A DNA stretch of 64,000 bases from positions 1,166-65,165 of the forward strand of contig CAIXFY010000004.1 in assembly GCA_903918885.1 (NCBI GenBank), given 5' to 3'. The translations under genes and the position numbers were made by a program. This document shows positions 28,490 to 37,437 of the stretch, in pieces. Position 1 is the stretch's first letter. The number at the start of each line of letters is the position of its first letter. The stretch comes from an uncultured Verrucomicrobia subdivision 3 bacterium (GTDB taxonomy: Bacteria > Verrucomicrobiota > Verrucomicrobiia > Limisphaerales > UBA11358). The notes under the pieces were generated by a model, which saw only the letters and a program-made list of their open reading frames with translations, ran no database searches and had not been told where the DNA came from.

Positions 28490-29998
28490 ATGAAATTCGC
28501 CAACTCGCCCCGCTTCTGGCTGCTATTGTCGCTGCTCATTTTACCGCTGACCGTGAGCAACGACAGCCTCTGGCTTGATGAAGGTGATACGGCCGTGTAT
28601 GCGCAGCAGCCGGATTTTTCAGCTTGGCGGCAATGGCTGGTGCACGACCGTCTGGCGGATTGCCAGATGCCGCTGGCAATGTTGTCGGCCTGGGTCGGCG
28701 GAAAAGTCTTTGGCACGCAGGAATGGCAATTGCGGGCCCTTAACCTCGTCTGGGGGGTGCTGGCGCTAGTGGCATTGAGTCGGGCAGGGCGGCGTTTGCA
28801 AATGCCGTGGCTGCCGGTGCTACTGGCGATTCAACCTTATTTCTGGTTCTACCTAAATGAAGCCCGACCTTACGCGCTGCTGCTGGCTGGCGGTGCGTGG
28901 CTATTGGCGGCGCTCGTGGAATTTAATTTCCAGCGAGGGTCTGGAACGCGATGGGCTTGGCAACTAGCTGCCGTAAGTTTTTTTCTTTTTGCAGCAACCT
29001 TGTTGGCGCCATTGCCCGTGGCCATGGTGGTTTTTACCGGTGGGCTGCTGGCTTGGCGACAAGGCTGGCGATTGGAATGGAGAGCGCTAAAGATTTTGGG
29101 CTGCGGTCTGTTGGCCTGTGCGCCGCTGGCAATCTATTACATCACCACGCTGCTCCGGGGTGTAAAAAGTTCGCAGATGTGGCAGGTGGATTTGAAATTT
29201 GTCCTCTACGTGTTTTATGAACTCATGGGAATGGGCGGGCTGGGGTTGTCACCGCTTGAAATCCGTTCGCTCGCCCGCTCGCCAAATCTGTTTCATGAAT
29301 TGCTCGTCCGCACTCCGCAACTAATCCTGCCACTGCTGCTCGGAATTTTGCTGTTATTCGTCCTATGTAGCGGGCTGCGCCGCCAATGGCGTGCGGGGCG
29401 GCGCGCGATGATTTTAGGAATCGCGGGCGTTCCGCTACTGACAGCGACGGCATTTATCGCCGAAAGTTTGCTGCTGCAAAAGGCGTTTTGGGCGCGGCAT
29501 TATGCGCCGGTGTTTCCGTTTTACGTTGCACTGCTTGGCTTGGCGGGGGCTGGGCTGTGGATGAATTCCCGGAAATGGCTGCGCGCGATACTGCTCTTGA
29601 TTGTGGCGCTGCTGTTGTGGTCGGCGCTGAACTTCCGTTTTTCCCCGGCGCTGCGAAAGGAAAATTATCGGGACGCCGCAGCATTTGCAAAAACCGCATT
29701 GGCGAAAGGTTGGGATGTCTGGTGGTTGGCGGGTTATTATTCCGCCAGCTACTATGGGCTGGGCGTTTCTTATGATTACCCGGAATCTGGAAAAGTATTT
29801 GCCGCCTGGGTCTCGCCACTAAACCTGCTAAAGCTCCCGCCACCAGCGGTCATCGTCTTAAGCCGGCCAGACGCCCACGACATTGATGATGTGGGCAGGA
29901 AAATAATTGCCGAAAATAATTACCGCGTGGCTGCCCGGTTTCAGGGTTTTACCATCTGGACCAACTCGGCCAGCATTTCTTTGACGCATTTGCGTTAA
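28490..29998 (+). CDS. GT-C glycosyltransferase, ArnT/PMT-like (GT39/GT83-type)
   Basis: 502 aa and polytopic. The first-loop acidic motif DSLWLDEGDTAVYA is typical of ArnT-like enzymes. It directly follows the GT2 gene. Confidence 0.7.
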   Translation: MKFANSPRFWLLLSLLILPLTVSNDSLWLDEGDTAVYAQQPDFSAWRQWLVHDRLADCQMPLAMLSAWVGGKVFGTQEWQLRALNLVWGVLALVALSRAGRRLQMPWLPVLLAIQPYFWFYLNEARPYALLLAGGAWLLAALVEFNFQRGSGTRWAWQLAAVSFFLFAATLLAPLPVAMVVFTGGLLAWRQGWRLEWRALKILGCGLLACAPLAIYYITTLLRGVKSSQMWQVDLKFVLYVFYELMGMGGLGLSPLEIRSLARSPNLFHELLVRTPQLILPLLLGILLLFVLCSGLRRQWRAGRRAMILGIAGVPLLTATAFIAESLLLQKAFWARHYAPVFPFYVALLGLAGAGLWMNSRKWLRAILLLIVALLLWSALNFRFSPALRKENYRDAAAFAKTALAKGWDVWWLAGYYSASYYGLGVSYDYPESGKVFAAWVSPLNLLKLPPPAVIVLSRPDAHDIDDVGRKIIAENNYRVAARFQGFTIWTNSASISLTHLR

Positions 29999-30017
29999 TG
30001 CGGAAACAAAAAACGCT

Positions 30018-31169
30018 TTAGCTCTGCGACTTTCCATTGATGACTTCCCGGTAAATCTCCAAATGCTTTTGCGCGATAACCAGCGGATGAAACCGGCGTT
30101 GCGCCTGCGCTTTGGCCTCGGCCGCGACGCGTTTTGCAAAATCACGATCCGCTAAAAAACGCGCCACCGACGTCCGAAAAGTTTCCGGTTTTTCCGGGTC
30201 GCAGAGCAGACCGTTCACCTCGTGCTGGATGAGATCGGGCACGCCACCGATGTTTGAGGCCAGCACCGGCACACCGGCGGCCATGGCTTCCAGCACCACC
30301 ATGGGACAATTATCTTCGCGCGTCGGCAGCGCGAGAAACGCCGCCGTCGCCAGTTGTGCCTTCAACTGTTCACGGTTGAGAAAACCGATGTGTTGACACC
30401 AGCTTCTCTCGCGCACCAACTGATAAAATTCCGCACCGTAGGCGTCCTTTGACGGCTCGCTGGCAAATAAAATTCGGAAAGACTGTTCCGCCGCTAGCGG
30501 ATTCAGCGCCCGGATGAAATCATTTTGGTTTTTATGTTTCACCACCGTGCCGACGCATAATCCGGCTGGCGGCGCGGTCGAGCTGGATGCCGACTGCACG
30601 TCAAAAAAGGTCGGGTCTACCGCATTGGGAACAATCCAGGTTTTTTTGGCGAGCGCCGCCACAGCCCGCTGGGTGTAACTGGTGATGCACACGACGCCGC
30701 GCGTGCGCGGCAGCACGAACGCTTCCAGCCGAGCCGCCAGCCAGTTATAGGAAAAGGCTGGATAGCGGTTCGCGCGGGCGACGGCGCGCATGTTGCCGTG
30801 CAGTGTGAGCACGTTGGGAAAGCCGCTGAAAACCGCGCTCATGGCGCAGTCCGCCTCCGTGCCTTGTCCGTGAACGATGTCCGGCTGGATTTCCCGGATT
30901 TTTTCCCGCGTGGCGCGAATGCAACCTTGGAACAAAGTTTTCATCCAACCGATTTGAGGGACAACCACGCTGTGGAAAAAGATGTTGGGCGCGATTTTCT
31001 CCGGCGATTTCACCGGCTGGCGGATGCAGGAGACGACGTGAACTTCAATTTCCGGAATCATCGCCAGCCCAATCAGCAGCGCGGTGGGCGCGGTGCCGAA
31101 GTGCGGCGTGGGATTGGCATAATCCTTATGCGGCTCGCGGTTGTCGGTGGTCAGGATGACGATGCGCAT
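30018..31169 (-). CDS. GT4 (GT-B) glycosyltransferase
   Basis: C-terminal EDNCPMVVLEAMAAGVPVLASNIGGVPDLI motif. Confidence 0.85.
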   Translation of the reverse strand: MRIVILTTDNREPHKDYANPTPHFGTAPTALLIGLAMIPEIEVHVVSCIRQPVKSPEKIAPNIFFHSVVVPQIGWMKTLFQGCIRATREKIREIQPDIVHGQGTEADCAMSAVFSGFPNVLTLHGNMRAVARANRYPAFSYNWLAARLEAFVLPRTRGVVCITSYTQRAVAALAKKTWIVPNAVDPTFFDVQSASSSTAPPAGLCVGTVVKHKNQNDFIRALNPLAAEQSFRILFASEPSKDAYGAEFYQLVRERSWCQHIGFLNREQLKAQLATAAFLALPTREDNCPMVVLEAMAAGVPVLASNIGGVPDLIQHEVNGLLCDPEKPETFRTSVARFLADRDFAKRVAAEAKAQAQRRFHPLVIAQKHLEIYREVINGKSQS

Positions 31170-31209
31170 GAAAATTTCGGCGGCAATCTGCAGGTGGTGC
31201 GAGGACGTG

Positions 31210-32094
31210 TCAGGGTGTTTTTTTCAGCGGTTTACGGAGGACGAGGAACACATACGACGGTGCCAGTTTTTGAAAAAAGTTGGTGCGGTGGTAGCGGTAG
31301 TTCCATTCCGTCAGCCGACAGCACAGGCTATCCAGCCCGATCCAGAACGGGGAATTATAGGTGTCTATCCCGCCGCGGTCGCGGAGGTGGCGCAAGGGTG
31401 GAAATTCAAAATAGGCTCGCCGCACAATTTCGAATCCGGTTTGCAACAGGATTTTTTCGAGGAGTTCACGAGGAAATCCGCGTTCGCACGGGGCCAGACC
31501 GGCCTTACGCGGGAGCGGCCAGGGACCCAGCGTGGTGCTGGGTTCCTTGACCAGAACGATGCCGCCGGGCTTGAGCACGCGGTAGAGTTCACGGGCGACA
31601 TGCGAGAGGTTGGGAATGTGGTGCAGCACGGCGATGTTGACTGCCGTGTAAAAAAAATCATCCACAAACAAAAGCGTGCCGTCCACCTGCGCCTTGGCAT
31701 AGGTCGTAGTCGCGTCGTTGTGAAAATAGCCCTCGGCGGATTCGACGATGTAAAGGTGCTCGATGAACTTTCGCACGGGGCGAAATTCCTCCCCATTCCC
31801 GCTGCCCAGACCCAGCACCCGGCCGAGCGTGCCACGGCCTGCCAGCGCGGGCTGGTAGCCATGCTTCCAATGGAGACAATCATTGTTGGGCATGGTGTCT
31901 TGCGCAATTTGCCCGCGATTCTTGTAGATTTCAAAGCAGGCATTCTCCTCCATCTGATACCACTCGCGAATTTCCTCCAGCGTGAAGTCGTCACCCCAAA
32001 GTTTGCGACCCGAATAATATTCCTGCAACTGCGCCGCCGAAAGCTGGCGGAGCCGCGAATGCTGCCGGATTTCTGGATTGACCGGGTTTTTCAT
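31210..32094 (-). CDS. Class I SAM-dependent methyltransferase
   Basis: VLGLGSGNGEEF (motif I) and LKPGGIVLVKEP. The ATG at 32094 is preferred over the TTG at 32157. Confidence 0.7.
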   Translation of the reverse strand: MKNPVNPEIRQHSRLRQLSAAQLQEYYSGRKLWGDDFTLEEIREWYQMEENACFEIYKNRGQIAQDTMPNNDCLHWKHGYQPALAGRGTLGRVLGLGSGNGEEFRPVRKFIEHLYIVESAEGYFHNDATTTYAKAQVDGTLLFVDDFFYTAVNIAVLHHIPNLSHVARELYRVLKPGGIVLVKEPSTTLGPWPLPRKAGLAPCERGFPRELLEKILLQTGFEIVRRAYFEFPPLRHLRDRGGIDTYNSPFWIGLDSLCCRLTEWNYRYHRTNFFQKLAPSYVFLVLRKPLKKTP

Positions 32095-32179
32095 GGTGAA
32101 AACTACAGTCTGATTGTCTTGGTCGGCCAACCTAGAGACGCGACTAACACAAGTCAAACAGATAAGAAGCCCCCGGAAT

Positions 32180-33124
32180 TTAGCGTGGCGGCGCGCTGGC
32201 CGGGCGGGAAAATTTTTCCGTTCGCCGCCGTAAATCGGCGAGCGCGGCGACGATTTTTTGGCTGACTTCTTCCGGCTCCGGGTGGCGCACTTCGTTGGTC
32301 ACGATGTAGGTCGGCACCTTGAAAACATTCCAGCGTTCGCAATTGTCCAGCCGCCATTGGCCGGGCGCCCAGATTAAAATGGCCGTGCCGGATAACTGCG
32401 CGAGGTGCATCGGCCCGCTCAATTCGCCCGCCAGCAGGCGCGCGGAGCGGATGGCGGCGACACTCATTGCTAGGTCTTCTGAGCGCCGGTCTTCCACGCC
32501 GGGTGGGCAGTAGGCATAACGTGGATGGCCGATGCAGAAAAATTTCAGATTTTGGGCGCGGCAGTATTCCGTCACGCGGTCACAGAGTTCCAACGGATAA
32601 TTCCGGGTTTGATCTGGGCCCTCTTTTTTTACCTGCCGAAAATGGAAAGCGACGTCTTGCATGGCGTCAGCGCTGGGCGGGTTGCCGAGCAGTTCGTATT
32701 TGGCCGGAAGGAAATAACGTTGATGGAGGCTGGTGCAAACGTTCAGCGCGGTCATCAAGTCATAATCTTTCAGGCCGAGTGCGGAGGCCTTTTGATGTGC
32801 CATTGCCGCGAGCTGTGCGGGTGAAAATTTTCCATGTTTGTAGCCGGCGGTTTCCAGTCTGACCTCGTGGTGATGGACTTGGCAGCCGGGATAAAGGCAG
32901 TCGCGTCCGGGATAGGTGATGACATGGACTTGCTCGTAGCGCGGCACTTGGGCACGCACCCAAGGCTGCCAGTCCATCAGTTCGTGTCCAAATTCACCCA
33001 CATACGGCCCTGCAACCAAGACGCGGCGGGGGAAAATCCTGATTTTTAGATCTGCCAGCGCCCCGGAAACTTTTTCGCGGAGGGAGAATTCATATTTTCC
33101 CGCTGATATGGCTGGCTGGCTCAT
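32180..33124 (-). CDS. Hypothetical protein, distant GT9-like GT-B glycosyltransferase
   Basis: The C-terminal LAGELSGPMHLAQLSGTAILIW resembles the GT9 GNDSGPMHLAAALG motif. N-terminal VAGPYVGEFGHELM. Confidence 0.4.
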   Translation of the reverse strand: MSQPAISAGKYEFSLREKVSGALADLKIRIFPRRVLVAGPYVGEFGHELMDWQPWVRAQVPRYEQVHVITYPGRDCLYPGCQVHHHEVRLETAGYKHGKFSPAQLAAMAHQKASALGLKDYDLMTALNVCTSLHQRYFLPAKYELLGNPPSADAMQDVAFHFRQVKKEGPDQTRNYPLELCDRVTEYCRAQNLKFFCIGHPRYAYCPPGVEDRRSEDLAMSVAAIRSARLLAGELSGPMHLAQLSGTAILIWAPGQWRLDNCERWNVFKVPTYIVTNEVRHPEPEEVSQKIVAALADLRRRTEKFSRPASAPPR

Positions 33125-33279
33125 GTTGGGGTTTCTTCGCCGTCTGAAAGCCGGCGGGAAAATTTGCGTGGCAACAACCGCAGAATAAAACCACAGACGG
33201 CTGGTTTTTTAGCGGCACCGGTTAAGACTTTGCTTATCAAGCGCCGTTCGTCGGCGTTTAATTGACCTTCAATTTCCAT
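33121..33279 (-). CDS. Candidate 52-aa small ORF, translationally coupled to the GT9-like gene
   Basis: Hand translation gives MEIEGQLNADERRLISKVLTGAAKKPAVCGFILRLLPRKFSRRLSDGEETPT. Its TGA overlaps the downstream ATG (ATGA). No homology is known to me. Confidence 0.25.
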   Translation of the reverse strand: MEIEGQLNADERRLISKVLTGAAKKPAVCGFILRLLPRKFSRRLSDGEETPT

Positions 33280-33447
33280 CGTTCTTCCATCTCGTAGGTG
33301 GTGTGAAATTAGGCGGCCATTTTACAACTGGCAAGCTTCATTGCTCGACCTCGATTGCTAGATGGCTTTCTTGACGTTCAAAAATTAATTTCTATGCTTC
33401 GGGTCATCGCTGCCAACAACCTATCCCCCCAACCTTATTCTAACCAC

Positions 33448-34149
33448 ATGACTGCCAAGACTGTTTTTTTGCGGATGCTCTTAAAGGAGTTCCCTGCGCT
33501 TTATTTTCGGCTCATCCGAATTCCTAATCTGTGCACAGCAACTCAAGATGAAAAATTCTGGAAACTCCACGCCCAATTGCTCCTCGATGGCCGCTGCACC
33601 CAGTTTCCCCGCGAGCGTTACAATCTTTGGAAGCTGGCGCAGCAGTTGCAGCCTCTGGCCGGAGCCTATGCCGAGGCCGGCGTTTATGATGGCGGGAGTG
33701 CGCGCATTCTTTGCGCGGCCAAGGGCGCGGATCATTTGCACCTGTTTGACACGTTCGCCGGCATGCCCGCAACGGATCCCAAGGCCGATCCTCATTTTAG
33801 CGTCGGCCAGTTTGCCGATACCAATCGCCAGAAGGTGGCTGACTATCTGGCGGCTTTTCCGAATGTCCACCTCCATCAAGGATTTTTTCCCGACTCGGCC
33901 AAAGATGTTCCCGCCGATCGCCGCTTCAAATTTGTCCATCTGGATTTGGACATCTATCGATCCACCCTCGACGGGCTGCGGTATTTTTATCCTCGGCTTG
34001 TCCGCAAAGGCGCCATTATCTCGCATGACTACGGCAACAAAACCGCGCCCGGCGTGAAGCAGGCCTTTGATGAATTTCTTGCCGAAACGGACGAGCCATT
34101 GATCCAACTTTGGGATACCCAATGCGTCCTCATTAAAACCCGGGATTAA
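33448..34149 (+). CDS. TylF/MycF-family (macrocin-O-methyltransferase-like) SAM methyltransferase
   Basis: AEAGVYDGGSARIL and FVHLDLDIYRSTLDGLRYFYPRLVRKGAIISHDY are characteristic of this family. Confidence 0.8.
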   Translation: MTAKTVFLRMLLKEFPALYFRLIRIPNLCTATQDEKFWKLHAQLLLDGRCTQFPRERYNLWKLAQQLQPLAGAYAEAGVYDGGSARILCAAKGADHLHLFDTFAGMPATDPKADPHFSVGQFADTNRQKVADYLAAFPNVHLHQGFFPDSAKDVPADRRFKFVHLDLDIYRSTLDGLRYFYPRLVRKGAIISHDYGNKTAPGVKQAFDEFLAETDEPLIQLWDTQCVLIKTRD

Positions 34150-34173
34150 TTTCCGTAGCCAAACATCCAGCCG

Positions 34174-35088
34174 TCATTTCGCCCGTAAAAAATCCACCGT
34201 TGCCCGCAGTCGGGTCGCAAAGTCGTCTGGCCAGACAAAACCGGCTGCCCGCAACCGGCCGATGTTCGCGCAGGAATGTTTCACATCACCCGCCCGTTCC
34301 ACGCCGTGCTGCAATTCCGAAGCGGAACCGGCCAAGTCCTGAATCTGCCGGGCGAGCTGGTTGATGGTGATAGCTTTTCCCCCAGCCACATTGAACACGC
34401 CTGTGGCGGCAGATTCCGTGGCGAGAAAAATATTCGCGGCGGCCACCATTTGCACCGGCACAAAATCGCGCGTCTGTTCGCCGTCGCCATGGATGACGAG
34501 CGGTTCGCTGCGTAAGGCACGTTCGATGAACGCCGGCACGGCGGCCGCATACTGGCTGCGCGGATTCTGGCGTGGCCCAAAGACGTTGAAGTAGCGCAGT
34601 GCCACCGTGGCCAGAAGACCTTGAAGGGTAAATTGTTCGCAAAGCCGCTCGCCCTCAAGCTTCGTCGCGCCGTAAGGGCTGGTCGGTTCGGGCGACATGG
34701 TTTCCACTTTCGGCATCACCGGGCTGTTGCCATAAATCGCGGCGGAACTGCTGAACGCCAGTTTTTTGACCCCCGCCCGTGCGGCTTCCTCCAAAACCAG
34801 CGACGTGCCGCGCGTATTGATTTCCGCACAACGCTCCGGCTGCTGCACGGATTCCGGCACACTCACCATCGCGGCCAGATGAAAAACATAATCCACATTG
34901 GCCATCGCCTGACGAACGACGATGCGATCCAGAACGCTGCCCGCAATAAATTCACAGCGCAGTCCGTCCAGATTATGCCGGAAGCCGGAAGCCAAATTAT
35001 CCAGCACGCGCACCTCGGCACGCGTGTGGAGCTGCTCCACGATATGGCTACCGATGAATCCCGCGCCGCCGGTGACAAGGATTTTCAT
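34174..35088 (-). CDS. NAD-dependent nucleotide-sugar epimerase (UDP-glucose 4-epimerase / WbpP-like SDR)
   Basis: MKILVTGGAGFIGSHIVEQL and YGATKLEGE (YxxxK). The ATG at 35088 is preferred. Confidence 0.85.
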   Translation of the reverse strand: MKILVTGGAGFIGSHIVEQLHTRAEVRVLDNLASGFRHNLDGLRCEFIAGSVLDRIVVRQAMANVDYVFHLAAMVSVPESVQQPERCAEINTRGTSLVLEEAARAGVKKLAFSSSAAIYGNSPVMPKVETMSPEPTSPYGATKLEGERLCEQFTLQGLLATVALRYFNVFGPRQNPRSQYAAAVPAFIERALRSEPLVIHGDGEQTRDFVPVQMVAAANIFLATESAATGVFNVAGGKAITINQLARQIQDLAGSASELQHGVERAGDVKHSCANIGRLRAAGFVWPDDFATRLRATVDFLRAK

Positions 35089-35178
35089 TTGATTTCGTTC
35101 GCGCAAGGCTGGCGGATTCAACTGCGGCTGGCCATAAAAATTTTGCCAAGCGCCTTGTTTTCTGCGAAGCAATGGCCG

Positions 35179-36393
35179 GTGAATTCAGCCGCCCCAACCA
35201 CATCCAGTCAACTGCCCCGAATTTTATTCGTCCATGATTTCCGGCCCGACTCGCTGGTGATTGCGGATTTGCTCCGGCAATTGTTACGCGGCTATCCGGC
35301 GGAAAAATTGTCTTGGTGGTCGTTTCGCCAGACCGGCCTATATCAGCAGCCCGACCTACGCGCGGCGCGTTGTCATGAATTTCCCTTGCCAGAGCGCCTG
35401 GTTCCGCATGTTCGTCTGGCTGGGCTAAAATCCGCCTTGCTGGAGAATGTCTGGGTGCCGCGCGCCGCCCGGCATCTGGAACAGACCATAGCCGCTGAAA
35501 ACCCCGATTTGGTCGGCGCGCTGCTCTATGGCTGGAGCGTGCCGGTGCTGGCCAAAGTGCATTGGCCGACGAATCAACGACTGCATGTGGGGCTCTGGGA
35601 TTTTCCTGACAGCAATGACATGCGGGGCAAGCTGGGCGAAGCCCGCAGTGCACGATTTGTCAGCCAAATCCATCAACTGGTGCAGCGGTCGAATACTTTC
35701 GATGCCATCTGCCCCGGCATGTTGGCCGAGTTGCGTGCGCATACGGGTCGAGCCGACGGATTGCTCGTCCATTCCGGCTTTGAGCCGCACCATCTGCAAG
35801 CCCTCGAAGCAACGACGATGCCAGCGTCGCCCCACACCGTGCGGATTGCCTATGTGGGTTCGATCATTTCCGAAAAAGGATTTTTATCAGCGCTGGCAGC
35901 ATTGAAAGCCGTGCGAAGCGCGTTGCAAAAAAAAATTGTGTTGGAATTTTTTGGCGGGAGAAATTACTGCCAGCGTGCGTGGTTTGAGCCGGACTGGATG
36001 CACGAGCACGGCATGTTTACCGACGATGGCCTAGTGGTGGCGCTGCGGCGTTGCGATTGGGGTGTCGTGGTGATGGATCCCGAAGGCGAAGATTTGCGCT
36101 ACAGCCGCTTCAGCTTTCCGAACAAGGTTGGCACTTATCTTTCCGCTGGCGTGCCCGTGCTGGGATTCGGCAATCCGCAGAGCAGCCTCGCGCAACTCAT
36201 GCAGGAAAACCGGCTGGGTCGTTTTACCGGCGCGATAACGCAAGGTGAACTGGAGAAATTTTTGTCCGAAAGCCTGCGGCTGCCCGCGCCGCGCGAATTT
36301 TTCCGCACAGAAATTTTGCAATGTGCGCGCACCGAGTTTAACGCCGCCGAAATGCGCGCCCGGCTTTGGCGCTTGTGGGGCGCAGCTGTTTAG
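35179..36393 (+). CDS. Putative GT-B-fold glycosyltransferase
   Basis: RILFVHDF N-terminus, RIAYVGSIISEKG and FSFPNKVGTYLSAGVPVLGFG. I suggest the GTG at 35179, because the 5' part of ORF 34621-36393 is antisense to the epimerase. Confidence 0.45.
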   Translation: MNSAAPTTSSQLPRILFVHDFRPDSLVIADLLRQLLRGYPAEKLSWWSFRQTGLYQQPDLRAARCHEFPLPERLVPHVRLAGLKSALLENVWVPRAARHLEQTIAAENPDLVGALLYGWSVPVLAKVHWPTNQRLHVGLWDFPDSNDMRGKLGEARSARFVSQIHQLVQRSNTFDAICPGMLAELRAHTGRADGLLVHSGFEPHHLQALEATTMPASPHTVRIAYVGSIISEKGFLSALAALKAVRSALQKKIVLEFFGGRNYCQRAWFEPDWMHEHGMFTDDGLVVALRRCDWGVVVMDPEGEDLRYSRFSFPNKVGTYLSAGVPVLGFGNPQSSLAQLMQENRLGRFTGAITQGELEKFLSESLRLPAPREFFRTEILQCARTEFNAAEMRARLWRLWGAAV

Positions 36394-37424
36394 GCCGCTG
36401 GTGCAGTTTGAACTTTCTCACCTAGCGCCCGCTGGCAGGCTTGGAAAACTTCCGCGACGGAAATCGCGGCCATGCATTTGATTTCATGCGGGCAATTCGT
36501 GAACCAGTGCAGACGCGGCACGCGATGGTGGCAGCCCTGACATCCCACGCCGCTGGTCACAAAAAACGTGCTCTCGCTTTCCAAGAACAAAAACCGCGCC
36601 GAAGTCGGCCCCCACAGGCCGACGGCTGGTGTTCGCACCGAGACCGCGATGTGCAGTAGGCCGGAGTCGATACCCACGAACAGATCCGCCTGCGCGATCA
36701 GCGCGATAGTTTCCGGCAGCGTCAATTCGTTCACCAGGCAGACTGCGCCGGACACGGGCTGGAAATCATCCGCCGCCGCGCCGGCGTAGCTGCCTGCCCG
36801 CGCGCCGAGTTGTGCAACCGTGCCGCCGGTCGCGGTTTTGATTTTTTCCACGAGCGTGGCCCACGATGCGCGCGACCAATGTTTCACCGGGTAACTCGGC
36901 CCGGGGTGGATTAAAACCAGCGGACGACCTTCGAGCTTCCATTGTTTGCGAAGCGCGGAAATTTTTTCATCCAATGCCGGTTTGATTTTTAAGTGCGGAT
37001 GTTCGCCGGTCACGGTTACGTCATTTTGTCGCGCGTAACTTTGCAAAAAATGTTCCTTGTGGTTGGACGTGAACTGGTCGTCGTCCGAACCGAAGCTGTA
37101 AAATCCTGCAAGCAGCCAGCGATACCAGAAACTGATTAGCCCAATTTCACGGAAGCTGGTGATGAAATTCGTCACGCCGCCCATTTCCGGCACGCACGCG
37201 GAACTCGCATCGCAGTTGTAGATGAATGTCGCACCGGAGTGTATTTTTTTCAGTTCGAGGCACGCCGGAATTGAGCAAAGGATGTCGCCCATGCCGGCAA
37301 AACGCGAAAAGATCACCGGGCGTTTTCCCGTTTTCAAAATGACCGGCAAAATGACCATCAGCACATACCAGAACGCTTGCGCATGGCGTTTAAGCAGGCC
37401 GGGAATTTTTTTGAAAGCGTTCAT
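36390..37424 (-). CDS. GT9 glycosyltransferase (heptosyltransferase family)
   Basis: FSRFAGMGDILCSIPACLELKK and VGIDSGLLHIAVSVRTPAVGLWGPT. Confidence 0.8.
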   Translation of the reverse strand: MNAFKKIPGLLKRHAQAFWYVLMVILPVILKTGKRPVIFSRFAGMGDILCSIPACLELKKIHSGATFIYNCDASSACVPEMGGVTNFITSFREIGLISFWYRWLLAGFYSFGSDDDQFTSNHKEHFLQSYARQNDVTVTGEHPHLKIKPALDEKISALRKQWKLEGRPLVLIHPGPSYPVKHWSRASWATLVEKIKTATGGTVAQLGARAGSYAGAAADDFQPVSGAVCLVNELTLPETIALIAQADLFVGIDSGLLHIAVSVRTPAVGLWGPTSARFLFLESESTFFVTSGVGCQGCHHRVPRLHWFTNCPHEIKCMAAISVAEVFQACQRALGEKVQTAPAA

Positions 37425-37437
37425 CAGCGCGCGTTGT

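Noticed and set aside
30798-32265. Plus-strand ORFs of 250 and 374 aa
   Set aside because: They are antisense to the GT4 and methyltransferase genes. They have no motifs and are Arg-rich.
34621-35178. 5' part of the 590-aa plus-strand ORF
   Set aside because: This part is antisense to the epimerase at 34174-35088 and shows no protein-like features. The glycosyltransferase-like sequence begins only after about 35179.
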